From the NCBI GenBank assembly GCA_965215565.1, contig CBDCDZ010000004.1:1856001-1920000 (forward strand): 64,000 nucleotides of DNA. Direction: 5' to 3'. The position numbers were made by a program, and so were the translations under genes. Below the pieces are notes generated by a model, which worked only from the letters and a program-made list of their open reading frames with translations, was not told the DNA's origin and did not search any database. This document shows, in pieces, positions 20,919-31,191 of this stretch (the stretch's first letter is position 1; each line of letters opens with the position of its first letter). The stretch is from Trueperaceae bacterium. Lineage in GTDB: Bacteria > Deinococcota > Deinococci > Deinococcales > Trueperaceae.

Positions 20919-22091
20919 ATGAGAGACGCTGTTATCGTCACCGCCATCCGCACCCCCGTCGGACGCGCCAAAAAAGGAAACTTGAGAGACACCCGCCCGG
21001 ATGATTTGGCGGGCTTCATCATCCGCGAAGCGGTGGAGCGCACGCCGGGCTTGGACGTGAGCCGCATCAACGATGTGCTCTTAGGCAACGCCCACCCCGA
21101 GGGCGAAGCGGGCTATAACATGGCGCGCATCGCTGCGCAGATTGCGGACTTGCCCGAGAGCGTCGCGGGCGCGACTGTCAACCGCTTTTGCGCCTCAGGT
21201 CTGCAGACGATGGTCCAGGGCGCACACGCCGTTATGCTCGGCATGTCGGATGTGGTCTTGGCGGGCGGGAGCGACTGCACGAGCCGCGTGCCGATGGGTG
21301 GGCACAATATGGCGATCAACAAGTCACTTTATCGGCGCAACCCCGGCGCGTACTACACGATGGGGCAAACTGCCGAGGCGGTGGCGCGCAAGTTTGGCAT
21401 CACCCGCGAGGAGCAGGACCGCTTTGCGCTCAAGAGCCATCAGAAGGCGGTGGCGGCGCAAGAGGCGTGCAAGTTCGACGGGCACGTGATTCCAGTACCG
21501 ACGCGCGTCAAAGACGAAGAGGGCAACTGGCATGATGTAACGGTTTCGAAAGATGAAGGACCACGGGCGAACACCAGCATGGAGACGCTCGCCTCCCTTA
21601 AAACCGTCTTCGCCGACGACGAGCAAGCGACGGTGACGGCGGGGAACTCGAGCCCCATGAACGACGGCGCAGCTATCACGCTCATCGTGAGCGAAGAGGA
21701 AGCCGAGGCGCAAGGGCTTACGCCGCTCGCTAGGTTCGTCCAAGCCGCCGCCGTAGGCGTGCCGCCCGAAATCATGGGCGTCGGCCCGGTGCCTGCGATT
21801 CGCAGTTTGCTGGAGAAAACGGGCATGACGGTTGACGACGTTGACCTCATCGAAATCAATGAGGCGTTCGCCAGCCAGTGTTACTACGCCCAGCAAGAAC
21901 TCGGTATTCCCGACGAGAAATTCAATGTGAATGGCGGCGCGATTGCCATCGGACACCCTCTAGGCGCAACGGGCGCACGCATCGCCTCGGACCTCTTTGC
22001 GGAGATGAAGCGCCGGGACGCGGAGTACGGCATCGTCTCGATGTGCGTCGGCGGCGGTCAGGGGATGGCGGGGCTGTTTCAGCGGGTTTAA
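20919..22091 (+). CDS. Acetyl-CoA C-acyltransferase (thiolase)
   Basis: NRFCASG, NEAFA, GHPLGATG and CVGGGQG motifs. Confidence 0.96.
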   Translation: MRDAVIVTAIRTPVGRAKKGNLRDTRPDDLAGFIIREAVERTPGLDVSRINDVLLGNAHPEGEAGYNMARIAAQIADLPESVAGATVNRFCASGLQTMVQGAHAVMLGMSDVVLAGGSDCTSRVPMGGHNMAINKSLYRRNPGAYYTMGQTAEAVARKFGITREEQDRFALKSHQKAVAAQEACKFDGHVIPVPTRVKDEEGNWHDVTVSKDEGPRANTSMETLASLKTVFADDEQATVTAGNSSPMNDGAAITLIVSEEEAEAQGLTPLARFVQAAAVGVPPEIMGVGPVPAIRSLLEKTGMTVDDVDLIEINEAFASQCYYAQQELGIPDEKFNVNGGAIAIGHPLGATGARIASDLFAEMKRRDAEYGIVSMCVGGGQGMAGLFQRV

Positions 22092-22107
22092 TCGAAGACT
22101 CAAGCGC

Positions 22108-22137
22108 TGTAGAGGCGACTTATGAATCGCCTCTACA
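22108..22137. repeat. GTAG-type REP-like palindrome / terminator
   Basis: tgtagaggcga...tcgcctctaca. Confidence 0.55.
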
Positions 22138-22191
22138 CCTCATTCAGCCGTGTAAGAATCTTGTAAGAGCTTACGCGCTATCCTCAGCGCT

Positions 22192-22566
22192 GTGGCGAGC
22201 ATTCTGATTGTCGACGATCAACCCTCTATCCGCGTTCTTCTGAAAGGCATTTTGAGCCGTTCGGGTCACGCGCTTTACTTTGCTGAAAATGGTGTGGAGG
22301 CGCTTGACGCTCTGGAGCAACACGCCGTCGATTTGCTGATCACCGACATCAATATGCCGCAGATGGACGGGCTCGAGTTGCTCAACCGTTTGCAGGACCG
22401 CCCTAACCTCAGCAAACTTGCGATGAGCGCTCAGCGTCCGCAAGATATAGAGCCTAAGCTCGAGGCGCTCGGCGTCACTGATTTTTTCGAGAAACCTCTG
22501 GATATCAAGCGCCTCCGGCAGCGCGTCGAAACGCTGCTCGCACAGCACAGACCCTCAAAGACGTAG
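22192..22566 (+). CDS. Single-domain (CheY-like) response regulator
   Basis: ILIVDD, LITDINMPQMDG, SA and KP motifs. Confidence 0.92.
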   Translation: MASILIVDDQPSIRVLLKGILSRSGHALYFAENGVEALDALEQHAVDLLITDINMPQMDGLELLNRLQDRPNLSKLAMSAQRPQDIEPKLEALGVTDFFEKPLDIKRLRQRVETLLAQHRPSKT

Positions 22567-22606
22567 AAGAAGCTCCGGCTCCGCACCACCGCGGAGCTTC
22601 TTCTAC
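22563..22606. terminator. Bidirectional terminator
   Basis: gtagaagaagctccg / cggagcttcttctac between convergent genes. Confidence 0.75.
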
Positions 22607-22627
22607 ATCTAGTCTGTTTTTCTATGT

Positions 22628-23449
22628 TTAGTCTGTTGCAGCAGCAGAGGCCTGTGAGCCCTCTTCTGAGCCCACGCCCACTTCACCTTCGTCCTCGCGG
22701 GTCTTCTCACGCGCGATAGCGTAGATAAGTAGACCGAATGCGGGCTTAGCGAGCACATCGGCGAGCGTGTAACCCAGTTGCAAACCGACTTCCGCCCACG
22801 CACCACCGAGTCCGAACATCGGGATCATGTACGCGATGGGATAGACGCCCCAGGTACCCAAGAGCAGAAGCCGCAGGTTGCGAACGAGCTTCCTGACTTG
22901 CTGGGACTCGTTCTCTAACTGGTTACCAAGCTCCACCCAGAGAACATAGAGGATGTAGGCGAAAGGTATTGAACTGAGGAAGCCCCAGCCAAACCGCGCC
23001 CAGAACTGATTTTGCGGGTCCAAAACCTCACCGGGGTAGCCAAGCGCAATCATCAGCACAGCAGCGAAGGCTAGGCGGGCAATGAGCGAGCCGGACTTAC
23101 CGCGCGGCAACGCAAGTACAGCCACAGTCTCGGTCAAGAGAAGCGGCACGGTTAGAAGCCAGTCGATGTAGCGGTAGAGGTCGTTGAAGGGCTCACCCGT
23201 CGGCATGTAGACGCCGCCCTCGAACGCATAGGCGTCGCCCCAAGAGTTGAAGATGCGGAAGTAGTGATACGCCGCGATGATCACGACGATAGCTGAAATA
23301 AGCAGCGATGAGCGGTACTTCTCACCGACATAAGGGCGCGCTAAAATAAAGAAAAACGCGCCTGCTACCATCGCCGCAATCGCAAACGATAGTGCGTTGT
23401 AGGCAATCTGATATTGACCTACGGTTAATACGGGTAGTCCGGACTCCAT
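22628..23449 (-). CDS. Microbial rhodopsin, xanthorhodopsin-like DTE proton pump
   Basis: Seven TM helices, RYIDWLLTVPLLLTE (D-T-E), TWGVYPIAY and DVLAK (retinal Lys). ATG at 23449 after AAGGAG. Confidence 0.95.
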   Translation of the reverse strand: MESGLPVLTVGQYQIAYNALSFAIAAMVAGAFFFILARPYVGEKYRSSLLISAIVVIIAAYHYFRIFNSWGDAYAFEGGVYMPTGEPFNDLYRYIDWLLTVPLLLTETVAVLALPRGKSGSLIARLAFAAVLMIALGYPGEVLDPQNQFWARFGWGFLSSIPFAYILYVLWVELGNQLENESQQVRKLVRNLRLLLLGTWGVYPIAYMIPMFGLGGAWAEVGLQLGYTLADVLAKPAFGLLIYAIAREKTREDEGEVGVGSEEGSQASAAATD

Positions 23450-23739
23450 AGTGTACTCCTTCTCGGGGGTTAGTGCCCTTCGTAGCACTTAGGCTTTTCC
23501 TTGAGCTTGGGTTCGCTCTGCAGACTAAACGGCGCTCCACCTCCTCATCTCTGTGATGTATTTGAATACTACACTAACAAAAGAAAAGATAAAAGAAAAG
23601 AGGTGCAGGCTCCGGTTTTCGCTCTACTAAGCTGCGCAGCGCCGTATCAGCGACTCGAGCATCTTCGCGCAGTCACACGCGCGCCGTCTCGAGCCTCAAA
23701 AGACCAACTTGAAAAGACTGACTCCAACGAGACCAGGTG

Positions 23740-24717
23740 TCAGCCGCCGATTGCCACCATCGTTCTCGGTCTGTCGGTAGGCGTCGTGACGCCCGAGGCG
23801 ACTTTGCGGTGCGCCGCAATCAAGAAAGTCTCTTGGATGGCGGCGATAGGCTCCGCCGCGTTCAGCGCAGGGCGCAGGTCTAGCTCGCGGTCATTCAAAA
23901 GGCAGGGGCGCAGCTTGGCGTCACTGGTGAGCCTCATGCGGCTGCACGCACCACAGAAGGGCTCGGAGACGGGATTGATAAAACCTAGCGCGCCCTGCCA
24001 GCCCGGAACCTTGAAGAGCTTAGCGGGGGCGCTCGGGTCAGTGGTGAGGGGCTCGAGTTCGCCAAATGCCGCCTCGATCCGCTCACGAATCTCTCGCCCT
24101 GGCATGAACGCCGCGTAGTAATCCTTTGAGTCGGCGTTGTTGAGATGCATGTATTCGATGTAGCGCACGTGGATGGGGAGGTCCTTGGCGAGTTCAGCTA
24201 GCGCCAAAAGCTCGCCGTCGTTGATGCCGCGAATCATGACGGTGTTGAGCTTAACGGGGTGCAGCCCCGCCGCCATCACCGCCTCGACACCCTCCCAGAC
24301 CTGTCTGATATTGCCGCCTTTCGTCGCCTGGCGAAAGGCGTCCGGGTCGACCGCGTCGAGCGAGATATTGACCCTGTCAAGCCCAGCCGCTAAGAGGTCA
24401 GGCAGACGCCGCTTCAAGAGGCTCGCGTTCGTGGTCAGGGCGACGTCTTGGATACCGAGTTCCTTCGCGGAAGCGAGCATCTCGGGAAGCTCTTTACGCA
24501 AGAGGGGCTCGCCGCCCGTAAAGCGCACCGACTCGACACCCAGACTCACCGCGGCTAAGAGCACGTGGCGCACATCCGTCACACTGATCGTGCCTAAAGG
24601 GTCCTTGCGCCCATGCCCCAGGGGGTCGCAGTAGAAGCACTTGAAGTTGCAGCGGGGCGTCACGCTGACGCGCAGATCGCGCACGACGCGCCCGTGCTGA
24701 TCGACGAGCGACCTCAC
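23740..24717 (-). CDS. moaA: GTP 3',8-cyclase (molybdenum cofactor biosynthesis)
   Basis: CNFKCFYC radical SAM motif, TGGEPLLR, FCGACSRMR...CL and C-terminal IGG. Confidence 0.95.
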   Translation of the reverse strand: MRSLVDQHGRVVRDLRVSVTPRCNFKCFYCDPLGHGRKDPLGTISVTDVRHVLLAAVSLGVESVRFTGGEPLLRKELPEMLASAKELGIQDVALTTNASLLKRRLPDLLAAGLDRVNISLDAVDPDAFRQATKGGNIRQVWEGVEAVMAAGLHPVKLNTVMIRGINDGELLALAELAKDLPIHVRYIEYMHLNNADSKDYYAAFMPGREIRERIEAAFGELEPLTTDPSAPAKLFKVPGWQGALGFINPVSEPFCGACSRMRLTSDAKLRPCLLNDRELDLRPALNAAEPIAAIQETFLIAAHRKVASGVTTPTDRPRTMVAIGG

Positions 24718-24982
24718 GCGCGTCCTAAAGGGAGTCTCAAGGCTAAAGAGAGTTGAGAACGTAGCATTGCATTTATCCTAACGCAAAAGTTTATAGGGGT
24801 AACGTGATATGTCGGTCCAAACCTCCGTACGTTCCGCAGATATTCACTGACCTCTTGCACTTTAGTCGAACTCCGAATCCAGAATTACGACACTCGGTGT
24901 ACGCGAACGTCTTACAGCCTATGTTTAAGGCGCTATTTCGCAAGTCGTCTAGCCAGACCACTACTCGGTCAACAAACAGTCG

Positions 24983-25099
24983 TACGGATTCCGAAGCGAT
25001 TACTGCGTAAACTCCGCTATGAAATTCTGCTTTCCCGGTTACGAAGCTTTTGCGGATGCGAAAGGCGGGAGCACGTCGTGAAGTTCGTCGGAATCCGTA
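24983..25099. repeat. 117-bp element bounded by the 12-bp inverted repeat TACGGATTCCGA
   Basis: tacggattccga (24983-24994) and tcggaatccgta (25088-25099). Confidence 0.6.
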
Positions 25100-25112
25100 G
25101 CTCCTTTTACTC

Positions 25113-25222
25113 TAGCAGGTATCATCTAGTTTGAGACATTCTCACTATGCGAGTTACCGTCTAGCAGGCACTTGCGGAGATGATACTTGCGGTAATCTGT
25201 CTCAGTATGTTTTGGAACTGCT
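25113..25222 (+). repeat. Miniature inverted-repeat element, copy B
   Basis: tagcaggtatcatct...agatgatacttgc (to 25190), plus the tail shared with copy A. Confidence 0.8.
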
Positions 25223-25262
25223 CCTCATTATACTCGGGTCAATTCCTACGGGAATGAACCGG

Positions 25263-25340
25263 TAGCAGGTATCATCTGGTCAGCTACACTCTTACTAAAG
25301 AGAACATCGCCTAGCACGCACTTTCAGGGATGATATCTGC
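25263..25340 (+). repeat. Miniature inverted-repeat element, copy C
   Basis: tagcaggtatcatctggtc...gatgatatctgc. Confidence 0.8.
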
Positions 25341-25595
25341 GGAGAAGTGTAGCAATGATAAGTGAAACTGCTAGGAAAGGGCGTCAGAAGTAGCTTAGCA
25401 CTGTAGTTTCGTACGTAGAGCCGTGTATAAGGTTGTGTCCTAACGACTTGCCCGACAGTCTTTACGCGCACCTCTTCATCTGCTACGTTGGTGAGGGCGT
25501 TCGGCAGCGTGAACACGAGCTTGAGTGACGCCAGACAATTTAAGAGAGACGGAGTACGGGAGAGGTGGGGGAAACGTGCGGAGTGTGAGGGGGGC

Positions 25596-26471
25596 GTGAA
25601 GCGCCCTAAGAGCAAGACGAAAAGCAGCGTGATCAGGGTCACGCGGGGTGCGGCGCAGACGCGCCGCGACGTCTTAGCAACGGAAGAACCCCTGGAGATT
25701 CGTCTGCTGAGCGCAGCCGAAAAGCGGACGGTTGCGCTCACAATGCGCACGCCGGGAAACGATTTCGAGCTTGCTGCTGGGTTTCTGTTCTGCGAAGGAA
25801 TCTTGAAGCGTCGGGACGACGTCGCGCGCATCTCGTACTGCGTCGATACCGACGCTCTGCAACGCTACAACGTTGTCAACATGACGCTGCGCGGCGCGTT
25901 GCCCGAGCTGCGCGGCTTGGAGCGGCACTTTTACACCTCGTCAGCCTGCGGGGTGTGTGGCAAGGCGAGCTTAGAAGCGCTGGAAGTTCGCTGCGCCGCG
26001 CTGCCGCAGACGTTGCACGTTTCGCCCGGTCTCATCACCTCTTTACCGGACAAGCTGAGAGACGCGCAAGGGCTCTTCGACGCGACGGGCGGGCTGCACG
26101 CGGCGGCGCTCTTCTCCAAAAAGGGCGAGATGCTCGCGCTCCGCGAGGACGTAGGGCGGCATAACGCGCTCGACAAGCTCCTCGGCTGGGCGTTTTTAGA
26201 AAACCTGCTCCCTTTATCCGAGCACGTCGTCTTGCTGAGCGGCAGGGCGAGCTTCGAACTCGTGCAGAAGTCGCTAGCGGCGAGTGTGCAACTCGTCTGC
26301 GCGGTCTCCGCGCCGAGCAGCTTGGCGGTGTCTGTAGCGAAAGAATTCGATATGACCCTCGTAGGTTTTTTACGCGGCGAGCGCTTTAATATCTACGCGG
26401 GTGAAGGGCGTATCCGTTTGAACAGTGAAAGCGGACAAAGAGAGGCTCGAGCGGCTATGCCAAGCCCCTAA
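25596..26471 (+). CDS. fdhD: Formate dehydrogenase accessory sulfurtransferase
   Basis: EEPLEIR, MRTPG, CGVCG, TGGLHAA and REDVGRHNALDK motifs. Start at GTG 25596 is approximate. Confidence 0.93.
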   Translation: MKRPKSKTKSSVIRVTRGAAQTRRDVLATEEPLEIRLLSAAEKRTVALTMRTPGNDFELAAGFLFCEGILKRRDDVARISYCVDTDALQRYNVVNMTLRGALPELRGLERHFYTSSACGVCGKASLEALEVRCAALPQTLHVSPGLITSLPDKLRDAQGLFDATGGLHAAALFSKKGEMLALREDVGRHNALDKLLGWAFLENLLPLSEHVVLLSGRASFELVQKSLAASVQLVCAVSAPSSLAVSVAKEFDMTLVGFLRGERFNIYAGEGRIRLNSESGQREARAAMPSP

Positions 26472-26552
26472 ATGCGCCCTCAGCCGCAGCGCACGCTGCA
26501 CTCGAAAGGAGTTCGTTTCAAGCTCTTCACCTACATTAGGAGGTCACACGCT

Positions 26553-27977
26553 ATGCTCTCATTTTTAGACCGTGAAAATACCGTTGCCCAGCCCGGCTTT
26601 AGCCGCTGGCTGGTGCCGCCTGCCGCGTTAGCTATTCACCTCTCCATTGGGCAGATTTACGCCTACAGCGTTTTTAATGGACCGATGTCGCGCATCATCG
26701 GCGTTAGTGAGTCTGCGCCCGGCGACTGGAGCCAGTTTACGATTCAGTGGATTTTCAGCGTCGCCATCGTCGTGCTGGGCGCGTCGGCAGCGATTTTTGG
26801 GAAGTGGTTGGAGCGCGTCGGCCCGCGCATGGCGATGTTCGTCGCGGCGCTCTGCTTTAGCGGCGGCTTTTTCGTCGCCGCTCTAGGCGTCTCTGTCCAC
26901 AGCATCTGGCTCGTCTATCTGGGTAGTGGTGTTTTGGGCGGTGTCGGGCTGGGGCTCGGCTACATCTCACCCGTCTCGACGCTCATCAAGTGGTTTCCCG
27001 ACCGCCCCGGTTTAGCGACGGGCATGGCGATCATGGGCTTCGGCGGCGGTGCGCTCCTAGCCTCGCCCTTGTCTGAGACGCTTCTTGGCGTCTACAGCAC
27101 GTCCAACTCAGTCGGTATCGCGCCCACGTTTATCACCCTAGGCATCCTCTACCTCTGCCTGATGATGTTCGGCGCGTTTATCGTGCGTATCCCGGCGAAG
27201 GGCTGGCAACCTTCGGGCTACAACCCCGAGGAGAAGAGCAAGGGCGGCATGATCGCCAACACCAACGTAGACGCCGACACCGCGATTCGCACCCCGCAGT
27301 TCTGGCTGCTCTTTGCAGTCCTGTTCCTCAACGTCACAGCGGGCATCGGCGTGTTGCAGCAAGCCTCGCTGATGATTCAAGAGATGTTCTCCGTGGACTC
27401 GGTAGGCGAAGCGGCGGCGGTCAGCGCGGCAGCGGCGGCGGGTTTCGTCGGGCTTTTAAGCATCTTCAACATGCTCGGGCGCTTTTTCTGGTCGTCGGTC
27501 TCGGACTACATCGGGCGCAAAAACACCTACTTCATCTTTTTTGCTTTAGGCGCGGTGCTCTACTTCTTGATTCCAACCTTTGGCAACATGGGGAGCGTGG
27601 TGCTTTTCGTCGCGGGCTTCTGCGTCATCCTCACCATGTATGGGGGCGGCTTCGCCACCATCCCCGCCTACTTGCGCGACCTCTTCGGCACCTATGAGGT
27701 CGGCGCAATTCACGGACGGCTGCTGCTCGCTTGGTCCCTCGCTGGGGTAGCCGGACCTACCATCATCAACTGGGTCAGAAACGCGCAGCTTAACAGCGGC
27801 GTGCCCGCAGCGCAAGCCTACAGCGTCACCATGTACATCATGGCGGGACTCCTTATCGTGGGCTTCGTGTGCAACTTCTTCGTGAGCCCGGTGGACGAAA
27901 AGTACAGCGTCGAAGCCAGGGAGAACGAACAAGGAGCCCCTTCATCCTCTAGAACTAGCGAAGCGACAGGAGACTAA
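26553..27977 (+). CDS. OFA-family (oxalate/formate antiporter-like) MFS transporter
   Basis: About 12 TM helices and YISPVSTLIKWFPDRPGLATGMAIMGFGGG. ATG at 26553 after AGGAGG. Confidence 0.9.
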   Translation: MLSFLDRENTVAQPGFSRWLVPPAALAIHLSIGQIYAYSVFNGPMSRIIGVSESAPGDWSQFTIQWIFSVAIVVLGASAAIFGKWLERVGPRMAMFVAALCFSGGFFVAALGVSVHSIWLVYLGSGVLGGVGLGLGYISPVSTLIKWFPDRPGLATGMAIMGFGGGALLASPLSETLLGVYSTSNSVGIAPTFITLGILYLCLMMFGAFIVRIPAKGWQPSGYNPEEKSKGGMIANTNVDADTAIRTPQFWLLFAVLFLNVTAGIGVLQQASLMIQEMFSVDSVGEAAAVSAAAAAGFVGLLSIFNMLGRFFWSSVSDYIGRKNTYFIFFALGAVLYFLIPTFGNMGSVVLFVAGFCVILTMYGGGFATIPAYLRDLFGTYEVGAIHGRLLLAWSLAGVAGPTIINWVRNAQLNSGVPAAQAYSVTMYIMAGLLIVGFVCNFFVSPVDEKYSVEARENEQGAPSSSRTSEATGD

Positions 27978-27978
27978 A

Positions 27979-28173
27979 ATGGCCGAAGTCAAAGCGTACG
28001 GTGACAGTCAAGGCGAGAATACGGGGCGGGTCACCTTGGAAGACTCTCCCCCCAGCGAAGCTTACGAAGGCAAACCCACCGGACAGCTCGCGGTGGCTTG
28101 GGCTGTAGTCGGCGTCCCATTTGCTTTCGGCCTAATTGCTACGATTATCAAAGCGCTGCCGCTCTTTCGTTAG
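27979..28173 (+). CDS. Small membrane protein (MFS transporter small-subunit type)
   Basis: 64 aa with AWAVVGVPFAFG...ALPLF, directly after the OFA gene. Confidence 0.7.
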   Translation: MAEVKAYGDSQGENTGRVTLEDSPPSEAYEGKPTGQLAVAWAVVGVPFAFGLIATIIKALPLFR

Positions 28174-28215
28174 CGTGGTAGCAAAGAGAGAAGAACGGGT
28201 TAGAGAGGGGTTACA

Positions 28216-31191
28216 GTGATTCGTGATTACGGAAAAAAGGTTCCACTATATGTCAATGGTCAGCGTGTCGAGGCGCAAGAGGGTGAACCTCTGGTGGAGG
28301 TCTTAAACAGAGTCGGGCAAGACATCGCGCACGTGTGCTATCACCCTGCCTTGGGTCCGATTCAGACCTGCGACACTTGTATGGTGGACGTGAACGGCAG
28401 TTTGGAGCGCTCCTGCGCGACTAAGGTCAGCGAAGGCTTGCGCGTCAACACGGAGACCTCAACTGCTCAGGACGCGCGGCAGGAGGGGATGCAGCGCATT
28501 CTCGGCAACCACGAACTCTACTGCACCATCTGCGACTACAACAACGGCGACTGCGCCGTACACAACGCGACGAAGTCGTTAGGCATCGAACACCAGAAGT
28601 ACGAATACACTTCTAAGCCTTACGAGCTAGACGACTCCAACCCCTTCTACCAGTATGACCCCGATCAGTGCATCCTCTGCGGGCGCTGCGTGCAGGCGTG
28701 CCAGAACGTGCAGGTGACAGAAACGCTCTCCATCGACTGGGAGGCGGAGCACCCGCGCGTCTTGTGGGACGGCGGCTCCGCCATTGACGACTCCTCGTGC
28801 GTCTCGTGCGGGCACTGCATCACGGTCTGCCCCTGCAACGCCTTGATGGAGAAGACGATGGTCGGTGAAGCGGGTCACTTTACGGGCAAGGATGTGCCGC
28901 AGAGCGTACGCCGCCCCGCCATCGAACTCGTCAAATCGTTTGAGCCCTACACGGGCTACGGTCCCATCATGGCGCTCTCCGACGCGGAGGCGGCGATGCG
29001 CGAGGCGGATGTCAAGAAGACCAAAACGGTCTGTACCTACTGCGGCGTCGGCTGCTCCTTCGATGTCTGGACAAAGGGGCGCACAATTCTCAAGGTGGAC
29101 CCGCAGTTCGAAGCGCCCGCGAACAGCATCTCTACTTGCATCAAGGGCAAGTTCGGTTGGGACTATACGAACAGCCCCGACCGGCTGACGACGCCCCTCA
29201 TCCGCGAAGGCGACCGCTTTCGCGAGGCGAGCTGGGACGAGGCGCTAGACCTCATCGCGGAGCGCCTGGGCGACATCAAGGAGAAGAGCGGACCCCACAG
29301 TATTGGCGTGATCGGTTCCTCGAAGTGCACGAACGAGGAGTCGTACCTCACGCAGAAGTTCGCTCGAGCGATCATCGGCACGAACAACGTGGACAACTGC
29401 TCGCGCTACTGCCAGTCACCCGCGACGGTGGGCTTGTGGCGTACGGTGGGTTACGGCGGCGACGCAGGCTCGATCAAAGACATCGAGAAAGCCGCGCTCG
29501 TCTTCATCGTCGGCTCGAACACGGACGAGTCGCACCCCGTGCTCGCCACGCGCATCAAGAGTTCGCAGAAATTGCATGGGCAAAAGGTCATCGTTTCAGA
29601 CTTGCGCAAGCACACCATGGCGGAGCGGGCGGACATCTTCTTGCAGCCCAAACCGGGTACGGATCTTGTGTGGCTCTCCGCCGTGACGAAGTACATCCTG
29701 GACAACGATATGGCCCCCAAAGCGTTCCTGGACGAGTGGGTCAACGACGTTGAGGAGTATAAAGAGAGTTTAAGTTCGTTCACTTTAGAATTCGCCGAGC
29801 GCGTTACCGGATTGTCGCAAGACGTGCTCAAAGAGGTGGCCGAAGAGATTGCCAAGGCCGAGTCGGTCTGCGGGCTCTGGGCGATGGGCGTGACGCAGCA
29901 TACGGGCGGCTCAGACACCTCTACCGCAATTTCTAACCTGCTCGTCGCGACGGGCAACTATGGGCGTACAGGCACGGGCGGCTATCCGTTAAGAGGTCAT
30001 AACAACGTGCAGGGCGCGTCGGACTTTGGCTCCATCACCACCTTCTACACGGGCTACCAAGAGGTCAAAGACCCCGAAATTCGCGCGAAATTTGAACAAA
30101 GCTGGGGCGTCGAACTGCCCGAAGAGCCAGGGCTGAACAACTACGGTATGATCGACGAGATTCACGAGGGCAACCTCAAAGCGATGTATGTGATCGGCGA
30201 GGACTTAGGCATCGTGGACGCGAACGCCAACCACGTGCAGGACGCGCTCTCGCAGCTCGAGTTCTTCGTCGTCCAGGATTTGTTCATGAGCCGCACGGCG
30301 GAGTTTGCGGACGTGGTGCTGCCTGCGAGCCCCATCTTGGAGAAAGAGGGTACAGTCGTCAACACCGAGCGGCGCATTCAGCGGCTCTACAGAGCGTTGG
30401 AGCCCCTGGGTGACTCCCGCCCCGATTGGGAAGTATTGGTGGACCTCGCGGGGCGCATGGGTCAGGACTGGGGCTACACGCACCCGAGTCAAGTCATGGA
30501 CGAGATCGCCAGCCTGACGCCGCTGTTCGCAGGCGTGAGCTATGACCGGCTCGAGGGCTATGAGTCGCTCCAGTGGCCCGTCGCCGCCGACGGCACGGAC
30601 ACGCCGCTCCTCTACACCGAGCGCTTCGAGTTCGACGACGGCAAGGCGCGGCTCTTCCCCTTGGAGTGGATCGAGCCTTCGAACCAGCCCGACGACGAAT
30701 ATGATCTCCACCTCAATAACGGACGGATGTTGGAACATTTCCACGCGGGCAACATGACCTACGCCTCATCGGGCATCGCTGAAAAAGTGCCTGACACCTT
30801 TGTCGAGGTGGGTCCAGAGCTGGCTGAAGAGCGCGGCGTCGAGACCGGCGACTGGGTACGGCTAAGCTCGCCGCGCGGCTCGGTACGGGTGCGCGCTCTG
30901 GTCTCCGACCGGGTCCACGGCAACGAACTCTACATGCCGATGAACTCGCGCACCGAGCCCGTCAACGTGCTGACCTCGTCGGAAAAGGACCGTACCAGCG
31001 ACACGCCCGCATACAAAGAACTCGCCGTGAAGATGGAGAAGTTAGGCGATAAGGGCAAACCGCCCCTGCCAAGTTCCAACCCACGCTACGGCGATCCGAC
31101 ACCGCAGTACGGCGTTCAGGTCGAGCGTAAGTGGGAACGTGACGACTACGTCTACCCGACGCAAAACCGCCCGGAAGGGGGGAACCTCTGA
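28216..31191 (+). CDS. fdhF: Formate dehydrogenase alpha subunit (Cys-type, YjgC/YrhE-like, with N-terminal Fe-S domains)
   Basis: N-terminal 2Fe-2S/4Fe-4S motifs, CTYCGVGC, NCSRYCQ and LRGHNNVQG. Confidence 0.92.
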   Translation: MIRDYGKKVPLYVNGQRVEAQEGEPLVEVLNRVGQDIAHVCYHPALGPIQTCDTCMVDVNGSLERSCATKVSEGLRVNTETSTAQDARQEGMQRILGNHELYCTICDYNNGDCAVHNATKSLGIEHQKYEYTSKPYELDDSNPFYQYDPDQCILCGRCVQACQNVQVTETLSIDWEAEHPRVLWDGGSAIDDSSCVSCGHCITVCPCNALMEKTMVGEAGHFTGKDVPQSVRRPAIELVKSFEPYTGYGPIMALSDAEAAMREADVKKTKTVCTYCGVGCSFDVWTKGRTILKVDPQFEAPANSISTCIKGKFGWDYTNSPDRLTTPLIREGDRFREASWDEALDLIAERLGDIKEKSGPHSIGVIGSSKCTNEESYLTQKFARAIIGTNNVDNCSRYCQSPATVGLWRTVGYGGDAGSIKDIEKAALVFIVGSNTDESHPVLATRIKSSQKLHGQKVIVSDLRKHTMAERADIFLQPKPGTDLVWLSAVTKYILDNDMAPKAFLDEWVNDVEEYKESLSSFTLEFAERVTGLSQDVLKEVAEEIAKAESVCGLWAMGVTQHTGGSDTSTAISNLLVATGNYGRTGTGGYPLRGHNNVQGASDFGSITTFYTGYQEVKDPEIRAKFEQSWGVELPEEPGLNNYGMIDEIHEGNLKAMYVIGEDLGIVDANANHVQDALSQLEFFVVQDLFMSRTAEFADVVLPASPILEKEGTVVNTERRIQRLYRALEPLGDSRPDWEVLVDLAGRMGQDWGYTHPSQVMDEIASLTPLFAGVSYDRLEGYESLQWPVAADGTDTPLLYTERFEFDDGKARLFPLEWIEPSNQPDDEYDLHLNNGRMLEHFHAGNMTYASSGIAEKVPDTFVEVGPELAEERGVETGDWVRLSSPRGSVRVRALVSDRVHGNELYMPMNSRTEPVNVLTSSEKDRTSDTPAYKELAVKMEKLGDKGKPPLPSSNPRYGDPTPQYGVQVERKWERDDYVYPTQNRPEGGNL

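Noticed and set aside
24718..25595. Moco riboswitch in front of moaA or fdhD
   Set aside because: I could not recognise its conserved motifs by eye. An Infernal search would be needed.
28216..31191. Selenocysteine formate dehydrogenase
   Set aside because: The ORF is uninterrupted and has Cys at the active site (SRYCQ).
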